Source: Laceyella tengchongensis
GTDB taxonomy: Bacteria > Bacillota > Bacilli > Thermoactinomycetales > Thermoactinomycetaceae
Direction: 5' to 3'
Length of the DNA: 32,000 nucleotides
NCBI RefSeq assembly: GCF_900182735.1
Contig: NZ_FXTU01000004.1
Location: 193,948 to 225,947 of the forward strand
The notes beneath the pieces were generated by a model that saw only the letters and a list, made by a program, of their open reading frames with translations, made no database searches and was not told the origin of the DNA. The position numbers and the translations under genes were made by a program. Each line of letters starts with the position of its first letter. Position 1 is the first letter of the stretch. Shown here piece after piece: positions 17,563 through 29,066 of this stretch.

Positions 17563-18153
17563 GTGGTGTTAGTTTGCTTAGATCCGGGACACGGTGGTGC
17601 GGATTACGGAGCGGTTGGGAATAAGTTATCGGAAAAAGAGGTGTGCTTAAACATCGCCCGCCATATCCGCAGGCAACTGCTTCGCTATGACGGCCTTCAG
17701 GTGACGATGACGCGCTCGATGGATGTCACGACTAGTACAGAGGAGCGCATTCAGTGGGCCAATCAGTGCGGTGCGGATTTATTTTTAAGTATCCATACCA
17801 ACGCTTCCCTTGATCCGAAAGCATCGGGCTTCGCTTCCTATGTCAGCGTGGTCGCCGGATGCGAAACGCGCCGAATCCAATGTTGGCTGCATAATCAAAT
17901 CGCCTTATTCATGCGCAAGCACGGGGTGGCGGATTTAGGAAAGAAGAACGACACGGAGTGGATTGACGGACAGATGTTGGAGCTAAGACAAGTGAAGATG
18001 CCGGCGATTGCAGTCAAATCATTATTTATCACCCATGAAGAAGACAATCACCTGTTATCCCATGAATCATTTATAGAAGAGTACGCCAAGTGCATCGCCG
18101 ACGGCATTGCCCGCATTTATAAATGCAGACGGAAAGAAGAGGCGAGTGTTTAG
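17563..18153 (+). CDS. N-acetylmuramoyl-L-alanine amidase, Amidase_3 catalytic domain only
   Basis: 196 aa. Zn-ligand motifs VCLDPGHGGADYGA and FLSIHTNAS. GTG start after GAGGTG, with an in-frame TGA at 17551-17553 that excludes any N-terminal extension. Confidence 0.85.
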   Translation: MVLVCLDPGHGGADYGAVGNKLSEKEVCLNIARHIRRQLLRYDGLQVTMTRSMDVTTSTEERIQWANQCGADLFLSIHTNASLDPKASGFASYVSVVAGCETRRIQCWLHNQIALFMRKHGVADLGKKNDTEWIDGQMLELRQVKMPAIAVKSLFITHEEDNHLLSHESFIEEYAKCIADGIARIYKCRRKEEASV

Positions 18154-18179
18154 TGATTTTTCAGCTAAAGAATTGAAAT

Positions 18180-18214
18180 AGACTGCTAACCTTCATCAGG
18201 GTAGCAGTCTTTTT
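18180..18214. terminator. Bidirectional terminator between the amidase gene and ppiB
   Basis: Perfect 9-bp stem agactgcta / tagcagtct with a 13-nt loop and TTTT. It lies between convergent genes. Confidence 0.8.
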
Positions 18215-18221
18215 GTTGGGT

Positions 18222-18659
18222 TTATTCTTCCCATACTTCTACGGTTTTCATTTTTTCGCCTTGTTTCATGCTGGTCACGAATTCCATGCCGGACGTCACT
18301 TGACCAAACACCGTGTGGACCCCATCCAAATGCGGCTGGGGCTCATGCACGATGAAGAATTGGCAGGAACCTGTGTCTGGGCCGCGATGGGCCATGGATA
18401 GCGCACCTGGCACATGGCGGTGCGGGTTGTTTTTCGTTTCGCAAGGAATGGTGTATCCTGCATCTCCCGTGCCGATGCCATGGGGGCAACCGCCTTGGCT
18501 GACGAAGCCGGGGATGACTCGGTGGAAGGTGAGTCCGTTGTAAAACCCTTCATTCGCTAATTTTTGGAAGTTCTTCACGGTGATGGGTGCAGCTTCGGGG
18601 AAAAAGTCAATCAGGATTTGGCCCCCGTTTTCCAGTTCGATACGGCCTTTGATCGCCAT
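18222..18659 (-). CDS. ppiB: Peptidyl-prolyl cis-trans isomerase, cyclophilin type
   Basis: 145 aa with cyclophilin motifs ([35 protein letters not shown]). RBS GAGGAG. Confidence 0.95.
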   Translation of the reverse strand: MAIKGRIELENGGQILIDFFPEAAPITVKNFQKLANEGFYNGLTFHRVIPGFVSQGGCPHGIGTGDAGYTIPCETKNNPHRHVPGALSMAHRGPDTGSCQFFIVHEPQPHLDGVHTVFGQVTSGMEFVTSMKQGEKMKTVEVWEE

Positions 18660-18695
18660 GTGAAACTCTCCTCTCTTCGCAATACGTTTCTCATT

Positions 18696-20024
18696 CTACC
18701 TTACCTGTTTCTCGGATTCAAATGTCTTCACACAGGGGCGACCGATGGAATGGTACTCCAACGGGCAAGAGCCGGCTAACATCTTGATTTCTTGGATGGA
18801 GAATAGGTTGCATCCATCAAATAGGAGCGGTTCGTTGGGCAATTCACACATACGTTTCCAATTAATTGCGCGGAAATCGGGCCAGTCCGTCAGAATGACG
18901 ATGGCATCTGCCCCTTGCATGCAGGTGTATGGATCAGAAAATAGCTCCACTTGAGGATAAGGGAACGCCTTCACCAATGGGTCGTGCGCAACGATGCGGG
19001 CCCCCTTGGCCAAGGCGATCTCGGTGAACCGAAGGGAGGGGGCTTCTCGGATATCGTCGGTTCCCGGTTTGCAGGAGAGTCCGAACAAGGCGATGCGTTT
19101 ATCAGCTAGCGTGTCCAGCCGTTGTTCGATTCTTTCCACGAAGCGCGTCATTTGCCAAGCGTTGACTCGGTCAGCCGCTTCCAATAGCGGCAAGGGGACT
19201 CCCTCCGCCCGGGCCGTCTGGATCAGTGTGTGGATGTCTTTCGCGATGCATGAACCGCCATAGCCGATACCTGCTTTGAGAAAATGCGGGGCGATGTGGG
19301 GATCGTTGCCAATGCTTTGCGCGATATCAGCGACATCTGCGCCAAACGTCTCGCAGAGTTGGCTAAACATGTTGATATAGGAAATCTTCATCGCCAAAAA
19401 AGCGTTGGCCGCATAATTGATAAGTTCAGCGCTGGTACGCCGGCAAAATTGAATGGGCGTTTGATTGAAATGATACAGTTCGTTGATCAAAGGAATGGTT
19501 GATTCGTTTTCGTAGCCGACAACGATGCGGTCGGGGGAAAGGAAATCGTCCACCGCCCGCCCTTGCTGCAAAAAATCTGGATTGTGGACCACATCGAGAA
19601 ATTGGATGTGATGGTTATTGGATAGCCGTTCGGCGAAGGCATCGGTTGTCCCGACCGGAACGGTGCTTTTGATGATCACCAGCTGCCCCGCTTGCCCGTA
19701 AATGGCTAGCTGGTCGCATATTTCCCACACTTGGCTGAGGTCGGGCGAGCCGTCTGGCAGGGAGGACGTTTCCACCGTCACAAATAGGACGGTTGATTCT
19801 TTGATGGCATGCGCGATATCCGTCGTGAAGCGGATCACGCTGCCGGACTGCGCTTGGCGCAACAGCTCCGCAAGCCCTGTTTCGTAAATGGGCGGTTTTC
19901 CGTTTTGCAACTGGTCGATGGTGGCTTGCGCGACATCCACGCCGATGACGCGGTGCCCTTGAGTGGCTAAGCAAACCGCAGTCACCAATCCGACATAGCC
20001 TAATCCGATAACTCCGATGTTCAT
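18696..20024 (-). CDS. UDP-glucose/GDP-mannose dehydrogenase family protein (probable UDP-glucose 6-dehydrogenase)
   Basis: ATG 20024 lies 6 nt after GGGAGGC. N-terminus MNIGVIGLGYVGLVTAVCLA (GxGxxG) and catalytic Cys context GYGGSCIAKD. 442 aa. The ppiB start lies 36 nt downstream, so they may be co-transcribed. Confidence 0.9.
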   Translation of the reverse strand: MNIGVIGLGYVGLVTAVCLATQGHRVIGVDVAQATIDQLQNGKPPIYETGLAELLRQAQSGSVIRFTTDIAHAIKESTVLFVTVETSSLPDGSPDLSQVWEICDQLAIYGQAGQLVIIKSTVPVGTTDAFAERLSNNHHIQFLDVVHNPDFLQQGRAVDDFLSPDRIVVGYENESTIPLINELYHFNQTPIQFCRRTSAELINYAANAFLAMKISYINMFSQLCETFGADVADIAQSIGNDPHIAPHFLKAGIGYGGSCIAKDIHTLIQTARAEGVPLPLLEAADRVNAWQMTRFVERIEQRLDTLADKRIALFGLSCKPGTDDIREAPSLRFTEIALAKGARIVAHDPLVKAFPYPQVELFSDPYTCMQGADAIVILTDWPDFRAINWKRMCELPNEPLLFDGCNLFSIQEIKMLAGSCPLEYHSIGRPCVKTFESEKQVR

Positions 20025-20909
20025 GTTTCTGCCTCCCTTGCAAGTTGAGCCGTTCTTTTCAAACATGGTTCCATCAACCCGGCGACACCCCGTCCGATGC
20101 GCGGATGGCGCCCCCTCTCAGGCATCCGTCAACGGTACTCTTTTCATCGAAAAGGGTGAAAGATCGCAATCTAGCAATCAGGGTACAGAAAAAAAGGAAA
20201 ACTCGCGAAAGAGTGACTTGATTGACGACATACTCGCCTTCATTGGCGTCGGGAGCGAGGAGCTGGATGTTGCCCCTTTGGTCGTGAAGGTGTTGGACGA
20301 GGCGGTACAAGCCTTTCATCGCCATTGGAAGCAAAAATTCCCTATATTTTATATTAGGTGGCCATTGTAAAAAATGGGTTGAGGAAGGATGAAAGGTTGA
20401 TTTGATTTATTTATGCCGAAACCGGCGAAGCCCGGCCGCCCCACACTGATGAGCGCCTGCTGCTTCCCGTCTTAGCTGACGCAGTGGATTACTTGAACTC
20501 TTCCAGCTCTCATGTTTCAACTTTGATACACAGACAATCACCTCGTTTCGTCAGTGGAAACTCTTTCCTCCATTGTACCAATTGTGCATCTCGGTGCGCA
20601 TCTTTCGCATGCGAATAATTTTTCCGCCGCCGACGTCGAGCAGATAAGAGGCGTCGGGGATGATCGCAAAAGACGTGCCAAAAACAAGTAGTTCTTGTAT
20701 ACTGTAAATGGACACAGACAGAAAGCGCTTACTCTTATGAATAATGGGGCTTTCGCCAACTGATCCCACCCGCGCGGGGTAAGCTCAGCATGCGGAGGGA
20801 TCAGGGCATTTGGTTGAAAGGGAATAGGACAAAAATCTTTTCACACATGAAAGAATGTGTTACTTTAAAGAGTAAAAGCTATAAGCCCTCGCCATGAGGA
20901 GGAAAAAGG

Positions 20910-21218
20910 ATGCAACTCAACAAGTTGAATAAAAAAGAAGTCGAGCAATTGTTCAATGCAGTACTTCAACTAGAGAATATGGAAGATTGCTATCGATTTT
21001 TCGAAGATCTCTGCACCGTGAATGAGATCAAATCCCTTGCGCAACGCTTGGAAGTGGCGCGCATGTTGGAAGAGGGTTACACCTACAACCAGATTGAGAC
21101 GGAGACGGGAGCGAGCACGGCTACGATCTCCCGCGTCAAACGGTGTCTTCATTACGGCACGGATGGGTATAAGCTCGCTTTGGATCGCCTGTATAAAGAT
21201 GAGGGCGACAAAGCCTGA
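20910..21218 (+). CDS. yerC: YerC/YecD-family TrpR-related DNA-binding protein
   Basis: 102 aa. Hallmark sequence FFEDLCTVNEIKSLAQRLEVARML..GYTYNQIETETGASTATISRVKRCL. RBS GAGGAGG. It lies upstream of pcrB-pcrA-ligA as in B. subtilis. Confidence 0.85.
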   Translation: MQLNKLNKKEVEQLFNAVLQLENMEDCYRFFEDLCTVNEIKSLAQRLEVARMLEEGYTYNQIETETGASTATISRVKRCLHYGTDGYKLALDRLYKDEGDKA

Positions 21219-21333
21219 CGGCAGGTAAGAAGGCCGGTAACCCGAAGAGCGATTGTGGCAACAGCCTTTTTCGCCGACGTGACCGCGGGAGGCAAGCGCA
21301 AAAATCGGTTCCGGCCCTTTGTCACCAAATAGT

Positions 21334-21366
21334 CCCCGCTTATTCATATAGGCGGGGTTTTCTTTT
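21334..21366 (+). terminator. Intrinsic terminator after yerC
   Basis: Stem ccccgc / gcgggg with a 12-nt loop, followed by TTTTCTTTT. Confidence 0.7.
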
Positions 21367-21380
21367 GCCACAATACCCAG

Positions 21381-21388
21381 TGTATAAT
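21381..21388 (+). promoter_or_regulatory. Extended -10 element (TGTATAAT) for pcrB-pcrA-ligA
   Basis: TGnTATAAT 32 nt upstream of the pcrB ATG. Confidence 0.45.
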
Positions 21389-21419
21389 AATGCTTGTAGG
21401 TTTGGGGGCGAGATGAGAG

Positions 21420-22154
21420 ATGACGATATTGAAAGAGCAGGCCGCCAGGTGGCGGCATGTGTTTAAATTAGACCCGAACCGGACGATTTCCGATCTGGCC
21501 CTCAAGTTGGTGTGCAATGCGGGGACGGATGCGATTATCGTCGGCGGGACGGATGGGATTACGTTTAAAAACACAAGGGATTTGCTCCATCGTGTCCGTG
21601 AATATGGAGTTTTGTGTGTGCAAGAGGTTTCGGAGATCAATGCGGTGGTGCCGGGATTTGACGGATATTTGATTCCCACCGTTATCAATACGAAGGAAGC
21701 GCGCTGGATTCACGGTGCGCATGTGGATGCCTTGCGCAAATACGGAGACCTGATCCCGTGGGACAAAGTGCTGTTATTGGGGTATACGGTGCTAAATCCA
21801 GAGGCCAAAGTGGCGCGCCTCACGCAGGCGGAGACGGCTTGCACGGAGGAGCAAATGGTCGCGTATGCGCGTTTGGTCGAACATTTGTTTTGCTGGCCGG
21901 TGCTGTACATCGAATACAGCGGACGATTTGGCGATATGGCGTTGGTGGATGCTGCACAACGTGTATGTAGGAAAAGCCGTATCTTTTACGGCGGTGGCAT
22001 CACCACAAAGGAGCAAACCGTCGCAGCGGCTGAGCTTGCCGACACCGTCGTCGTCGGCAATTTGATCTACACCCATGCAGAACGGGCGGCTAAGACGGTC
22101 AAGTGGGTGAAAGAGACGGATAGAAAGGGTGATCAGCGTGTTAAAAACCGGTGA
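21420..22154 (+). CDS. pcrB: Heptaprenylglyceryl phosphate synthase (PcrB, GGGP synthase family)
   Basis: 244 aa with typical PcrB motifs ([38 protein letters not shown]). It lies directly upstream of pcrA. Confidence 0.9.
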   Translation: MTILKEQAARWRHVFKLDPNRTISDLALKLVCNAGTDAIIVGGTDGITFKNTRDLLHRVREYGVLCVQEVSEINAVVPGFDGYLIPTVINTKEARWIHGAHVDALRKYGDLIPWDKVLLLGYTVLNPEAKVARLTQAETACTEEQMVAYARLVEHLFCWPVLYIEYSGRFGDMALVDAAQRVCRKSRIFYGGGITTKEQTVAAAELADTVVVGNLIYTHAERAAKTVKWVKETDRKGDQRVKNR

Positions 22155-24315
22155 AGAACTTCTGCAGGGGCTGAATCCGATGCAGAAGCAGGCCGTGGAA
22201 ACAACCGACGGGCCGGTTCAGATCATTGCGGGTGCGGGCAGCGGCAAGACCCGCGTGCTGACACATCGCGTGGCGTATTTGTTAGCGGAGAAAGGGATTC
22301 ATCCCTGGAATGTGTTGGCGATCACATTTACGAATAAAGCGGCGCGGGAGATGAAGGAGCGCATCGGCCAGTTGGTAGGCCCGATGGCAGAAGAAATCTG
22401 GATCTCCACGTTTCACTCCATGTGCGTCCGCATGTTGCGCAGAGACATCGACAGGCTGGGTTATTCCCGCAATTTCACCATCCTGGACACATCAGACCAG
22501 TTGACGGTGATCAAACAGGTGTTAAAAGAGCAAAACCTTGATCCCAAGAAGTTTGAGCCGCGCACTTTGCTGGGTAAGATCAGCCATGCCAAAAATATGT
22601 TGCGCGAACCGGGCGAAATGAAGGCGCATGCCCAGACGTTTATGGATGAAGTAGCGGCTGACGTGTACGAGAAATATCAAGACAAACTGCGCACCAACGA
22701 ATCGCTCGATTTTGATGACTTGTTGATGGTCACGGTGAAGTTGTTGCGAACCCAACCTGAGGTAAAAGATTATTACCAGCGGAAGTTTCAATTCATCCAT
22801 GTTGATGAATACCAAGACACCAACCATGTGCAGTACATCCTCACCAAGATGCTGGCCGAAAAACACCAAAACCTTTGCGTCGTGGGCGATTCGGACCAGT
22901 CCATTTATCGGTTCCGCGGTGCGGATATCAGCAATATCCTCAATTTTGAACGCGATTATCCCCAAGCGACCGTGATCAAATTGGAACAAAACTACCGCTC
23001 AACCAAAAAGATCTTGGCCGCCGCTAACCATGTCATTGCCCACAACACCGAGCGCAAGCCGAAAGAGTTGTGGACGGACAATGACGAGGGGGAAATGCTC
23101 CACCTGTTTGAGGCGGGGACGGAGCATGAGGAAGCGCACTATGTGGCTGAGCATATCTTACAGGGCCGCAAAGAAGGGCAACCTTATAAAAACTTCGCCG
23201 TTCTATATCGCACCAACGCCCAGTCGCGGGTGTTGGAGGAAGTGATGATGAAGGCGAACATCCCCTATTCGATTGTCGGTGGAATCAAATTCTATGAGCG
23301 CAAAGAGATCAAAGACGTGCTAGCTTATCTACGCCTCATCGTCAATCCGCATGACGATCTGAGCTTGACCCGGATCATCAATGTGCCCAAGCGCGGCATC
23401 GGCGTAGCGACGTTGGACAAGATTGCCGGATATGCCCGCGAGCACGGATTGTCGCTGTTTGGTGCTTTGTTGGAGATGGAGGAAATCGGCCTGACGCAAC
23501 GCACATTGAAGCCGCTCAGCGAATTTGTGGACTTGGTGCGCCACCTGCACGCCATGATCGAGTACTTGTCGGCGGTGGAGATCACGGAAGAGGTCTTGAA
23601 GCGTAGCGGTTATCGCGAGGAATTGAAACGGGAAAACAGCTTGGAGGCCGCTAGCCGGTTGGAGAACATCGACGAGTTCCTGTCGGTGGCCCAAGAATTT
23701 GAGAAGCACAATGAAGATAAGTCGCTGGTTGCCTTTTTGACCGATTTGGCACTCATCTCCGATTTGGATGCATTGGGAGACGAGCAGGAAGAGGCGGACA
23801 AGGGGGATTCAGTGGTGCTGATGACCTTGCACAGTGCCAAGGGGTTGGAATTTCCTACCGTCTTTTTGGTAGGTATGGAAGAGGGGATCTTCCCACACAT
23901 GCGCTCGCTGGATGACGAAGACGAGATGGAAGAAGAACGCCGGCTTGCCTATGTGGGCATCACGCGCGCGGAGAAAGTGTTACATCTGACGCGTGCCCGG
24001 ACGCGAACCATCTATGGACAAACCACCTCCTACTTACCTTCTCGTTTTTTGAAGGAGATTCCGGTGGAGTTGGTGGAAGAAGTTGGTAGCAGACAATCGG
24101 CCAGCAACGCCACCCCACGCAGAGTCGTGCGGCCGACCCCCAATGTGGTGGCCGATTGGCGGGTGGGAGATAAAGCCGAACACGCCAAGTGGGGCCTAGG
24201 TACAGTGGTAAAAGTGCAAGGGGAAGGCGAGGACTTGGAATTGAACATCGCTTTTCCGGCGCCGATCGGCGTGAAAAAACTGTTGGCCAAGTACGCCCCG
24301 ATCAAAAAAGCGTAG
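22138..24315 (+). CDS. pcrA: ATP-dependent DNA helicase PcrA (UvrD/Rep superfamily 1)
   Basis: GTG 22138 lies 8 nt after AGAAAGGG; the ORF-track start 22129 overlaps the SD, and the 5' end overlaps the pcrB 3' end. [13 protein letters not shown], Walker A AGAGSGKT, and DEYQDTN are present. Confidence 0.95.
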   Translation: MLKTGEELLQGLNPMQKQAVETTDGPVQIIAGAGSGKTRVLTHRVAYLLAEKGIHPWNVLAITFTNKAAREMKERIGQLVGPMAEEIWISTFHSMCVRMLRRDIDRLGYSRNFTILDTSDQLTVIKQVLKEQNLDPKKFEPRTLLGKISHAKNMLREPGEMKAHAQTFMDEVAADVYEKYQDKLRTNESLDFDDLLMVTVKLLRTQPEVKDYYQRKFQFIHVDEYQDTNHVQYILTKMLAEKHQNLCVVGDSDQSIYRFRGADISNILNFERDYPQATVIKLEQNYRSTKKILAAANHVIAHNTERKPKELWTDNDEGEMLHLFEAGTEHEEAHYVAEHILQGRKEGQPYKNFAVLYRTNAQSRVLEEVMMKANIPYSIVGGIKFYERKEIKDVLAYLRLIVNPHDDLSLTRIINVPKRGIGVATLDKIAGYAREHGLSLFGALLEMEEIGLTQRTLKPLSEFVDLVRHLHAMIEYLSAVEITEEVLKRSGYREELKRENSLEAASRLENIDEFLSVAQEFEKHNEDKSLVAFLTDLALISDLDALGDEQEEADKGDSVVLMTLHSAKGLEFPTVFLVGMEEGIFPHMRSLDDEDEMEEERRLAYVGITRAEKVLHLTRARTRTIYGQTTSYLPSRFLKEIPVELVEEVGSRQSASNATPRRVVRPTPNVVADWRVGDKAEHAKWGLGTVVKVQGEGEDLELNIAFPAPIGVKKLLAKYAPIKKA

Positions 24316-24373
24316 GGTGTCATGCGGCCTGCGTTTACCCACTCACATGCAGTCCTTAAGTTTAGGAGGATGA

Positions 24374-26395
<2,022 letters not shown>

Positions 26396-26401
26396 CGAGA
26401 T

Positions 26402-26445
26402 GAACGGGGCGTGAGGCGGGTCTTCATGCCCCGTTTCATTTGACG
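26402..26445 (+). terminator. Weak hairpin after ligA (possible partial terminator)
   Basis: Stem gaacggggc / gccccgttt around a 17-nt loop, with only a weak T-tail. The next gene starts 12 nt later, so read-through is likely. Confidence 0.3.
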
Positions 26446-26456
26446 GAGGAGAAACC

Positions 26457-27122
26457 ATGCAGAAGAGATTGCGCAAGAAGTGGATATACATCAGCGTGGG
26501 GCTTGTCTTGTTGTTGCTGGGGCTGGTGGGATTATCATGGAAGCTCAATTTCAGCCCGGAAGTCGATGCGGCGATCATCTCCAGCCTGTTTTCGACATTA
26601 TTGTTTTGCGGTACCATAGTAGTGAATACGGTGCTCACTTCGGAAGCGTTGAAGTTGGGGCCCAAAACGCAACTCTTGATGCAGGAGCGATTGGAGTTGT
26701 ACAAGGAATTGAGCACCATCATGCATGATCTCAATCAGGCATTGCTTGCTTACTTTTTTCTCAAGAAGCAAGAGTATCGCTCGCAGATCATTGAGTCGCA
26801 CTTTCGGTTGCGCACCTTTCGTCGCAAATCGATGTGGATTCTGCCAGAAGACATTTTGGCGACGCTGTCCAAAATCCAGAGCCTCTTCTCCGTTTCACAG
26901 ACAGGAGGGATTTTGTTTAACCCGAAATGTTTGGAGACAAGAGAAGTGGCGATTCAATTTTCCAACTTGTATCAGTCTCTGGTCAACCAGATGCGGGATG
27001 AATTGGACATCCAGACGATCAGCGATGTGATTAACCATAAAGTTTACAAGTTGAACCAACCCGTGGAAGGCATCGATTCGGCAACCGTCGCGGTGGGGGG
27101 AAAAGGGATGGTTCGCAAATAA
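26457..27122 (+). CDS. Hypothetical membrane protein (2 N-terminal TM helices plus a helical domain of about 150 aa)
   Basis: ATG lies 5 nt after GGAGGAG. TM helices WIYISVGLVLLLLGLVGLSW and AAIISSLFSTLLFCGTIVVNTVL. I recognise no family. Confidence 0.65.
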   Translation: MQKRLRKKWIYISVGLVLLLLGLVGLSWKLNFSPEVDAAIISSLFSTLLFCGTIVVNTVLTSEALKLGPKTQLLMQERLELYKELSTIMHDLNQALLAYFFLKKQEYRSQIIESHFRLRTFRRKSMWILPEDILATLSKIQSLFSVSQTGGILFNPKCLETREVAIQFSNLYQSLVNQMRDELDIQTISDVINHKVYKLNQPVEGIDSATVAVGGKGMVRK

Positions 27123-27218
27123 TCTTTTCTGAGTTGTTTTAAATATGTGATGAGAAGTAAAAAAACGCGTTTGTTCGAAGAGCTTGACCGAAAAGAATGA
27201 CGGAAAGGCCGGAGAGCG

Positions 27219-28916
27219 ATGAACATGAGATGGATAGTGACCTGTTGCGCACTGCTGACAGTTTGCGTCATTGGCATGGCCGCGTATGAGGAGGGGGGAT
27301 TCGCCCCTGACAAATGGGTGTCGTCCGCGTTGAAGGAGCCGACGCTTCAAGAGCTTTTGGAAGATGTAAACAAACGGCATAGTAACGAGGTGATCACCCT
27401 AGATCCTTATGCGAAAAAGATGGACGCCACCTTGAACCAGCCTGCGCACAATCGGATGCATGTGGACACGATGTTGCCTGTGGCGGGAAAAATCACCCAG
27501 TATCAACGTCTGTCCCAACCGTACGTATGGATTCACATTAAATACTTGGGCAAGGGAGGGAACCCCGACCTTCCCGATGAACAGGATGTTTACGCACCCG
27601 TCAAGCAGGGACGGTTTAATGAGAAGATTCGCCTGTTTCAAGGCAAAGGGGAATATCGGGTCACACTGAGATTGCCAAGTGAGGAACAGGAAGATACTTA
27701 TTATTTGATGGCTTCGTTTATCGCCGCAAATCTGAACGATGATGTGGAGCGGGATGTGTCATACAGCGTCGTGGCCGCAAAAGCGAAGCTCAAACTGGAT
27801 GAGCCGGTCATGGGATACAGCGAGAAGCGGAAAGCGATCTCCTTAAAAGGGCGTATCCGTCCCGACGTGCGTACCGTATTGGTGCAGTTGAAGCGGGGGG
27901 CACGGGAAACGCGCCGGGTCGTCTCTGTGGAAAAAGGGCAGTTTGAAGAACAAATCCCCCTGACTTACGGGCAAGGGGTTCATCAGCTGAAAATATTGGT
28001 GCCTGACAGCAAGCGGAAAGGAACCTATCTGGACGGGGCCACCTTGTATGTGAATCACCCGCTGGCGGAGGAGAAGGAACCCATACGCTTCACCAGGCTT
28101 TACGCTGAACGGGGGATTCACCTTACAGCACCGCTGGTGGGTGGCGAGCAGGCCGACCTGACTTACCGTATCGCGGGCCGCATCGATGAATCTGCACCTT
28201 TTGCCAAACAAACGACGCACATGATTGTCCGCATACAGAAAGGCAAGGACAAAGCAACCTATTTCCTGCCTGTGGGAGGTTATCAATTTGACAGCAAGAT
28301 TTGGTTACGCTTTGGAGCAGGAGAATACAAAGTGACGTTGTACGCGCCGGAGATCACCTCACAAAACCGCGATTACTTCCGCTTTTTCACAGTGGCGACC
28401 TTTCGCGTGACCAGCCGGGCGCAAATGGATGGACGTGATCTTTTGCCGGGCCGCGGAATTCAATCAGATCATCCGCTGATCGTCGATTTGGCCAAAGAGA
28501 TCACCGCCGGCAAAGTGACCGACCGCGCGAAAGCCCGCGCCATCTACACCTATGTAGCCAAAAATATGACTTATGACATGGATAAGTTCCGGAATAACCG
28601 GTTCTCTTGGAACGACAGTGCGATTAAATCGTTGTCCACCCGCAAAGGAGTGTGCCAAGATTATGTGTTCTTGACTCTCGCTTTGCTACGAAGCTTAGAC
28701 ATCCCCAGCCGCTTTGTGGAAGGAGAGGCAGGAGGGCAACGCCATGCCTGGGTAGAAGCCAAGTTGAACGGACGTTGGGTGACGATGGACCCGACTTGGG
28801 GTTCAGGGCATATTACACCGGATGGCCGCTTTGTAAAAAGACTGGATATGCAGTACTTTGATCCGTTACCCGATGAATTTAAACGGACACACAAGCGGAC
28901 CGGCGTTTCCTATTAA
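27219..28916 (+). CDS. Secreted or membrane-anchored transglutaminase-like protein with three N-terminal repeats
   Basis: N-terminal signal/anchor (MRWIVTCCALLTVCVIGMAAY); ATG 27225 has the better SD spacing than 27219. The C-terminal transglutaminase-core triad context is GVCQDY (Cys codon 28653-28655), RHAWVE (His 28743-28745) and MDPTWG (Asp 28788-28790). Confidence 0.85.
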   Translation: MNMRWIVTCCALLTVCVIGMAAYEEGGFAPDKWVSSALKEPTLQELLEDVNKRHSNEVITLDPYAKKMDATLNQPAHNRMHVDTMLPVAGKITQYQRLSQPYVWIHIKYLGKGGNPDLPDEQDVYAPVKQGRFNEKIRLFQGKGEYRVTLRLPSEEQEDTYYLMASFIAANLNDDVERDVSYSVVAAKAKLKLDEPVMGYSEKRKAISLKGRIRPDVRTVLVQLKRGARETRRVVSVEKGQFEEQIPLTYGQGVHQLKILVPDSKRKGTYLDGATLYVNHPLAEEKEPIRFTRLYAERGIHLTAPLVGGEQADLTYRIAGRIDESAPFAKQTTHMIVRIQKGKDKATYFLPVGGYQFDSKIWLRFGAGEYKVTLYAPEITSQNRDYFRFFTVATFRVTSRAQMDGRDLLPGRGIQSDHPLIVDLAKEITAGKVTDRAKARAIYTYVAKNMTYDMDKFRNNRFSWNDSAIKSLSTRKGVCQDYVFLTLALLRSLDIPSRFVEGEAGGQRHAWVEAKLNGRWVTMDPTWGSGHITPDGRFVKRLDMQYFDPLPDEFKRTHKRTGVSY

Positions 28917-28920
28917 CTAT

Positions 28921-28958
28921 ACAAATCCCCTGCGCACGTTGATGTGCAGGGGATTTGT
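28921..28958. terminator. Terminator after the transglutaminase-like gene
   Basis: Perfect 13-bp stem acaaatcccctgc / gcaggggatttgt with a 12-nt loop. Confidence 0.8.
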
Positions 28959-28999
28959 ATTGCCGGTATAATTCACTTTACGATATGGGGTTTGAGATC

Positions 29000-29059
29000 A
29001 AAAAAAGCGGGGAGAATGCTTTGCGTTCGCTTGCGAAACAGTATTCTCCCCGCTTTTTT
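29000..29059. terminator. Bidirectional terminator serving the minus-strand ABC operon
   Basis: 17-bp stem aaaaaagcggggagaat / attctccccgctttttt, with A- and T-runs built into the arms. It lies 8 nt beyond the ATPase stop. Confidence 0.8.
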
Positions 29060-29066
29060 CATTTCC

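Noticed and set aside
20074-20334. 86-codon minus-strand ORF upstream of ugd
   Set aside because: It has no SD, a weak first-position G bias, and a second half that is hydrophobic and Arg-rich junk. The overlapping plus-strand frame looks more coding-like. I kept it only as part of the gene-poor-region finding.
21219-21332. In-frame open reading continuation after the yerC TGA (38 codons; or a GTG-initiated 25-codon ORF from 21255, MATAFFADVTAGGKRKNRFRPFVTK) ending just before the terminator
   Set aside because: YerC-family proteins are about 100 aa and end where this one does. There is no readthrough context or SECIS-like element I can identify. The SD for the internal GTG is weak.
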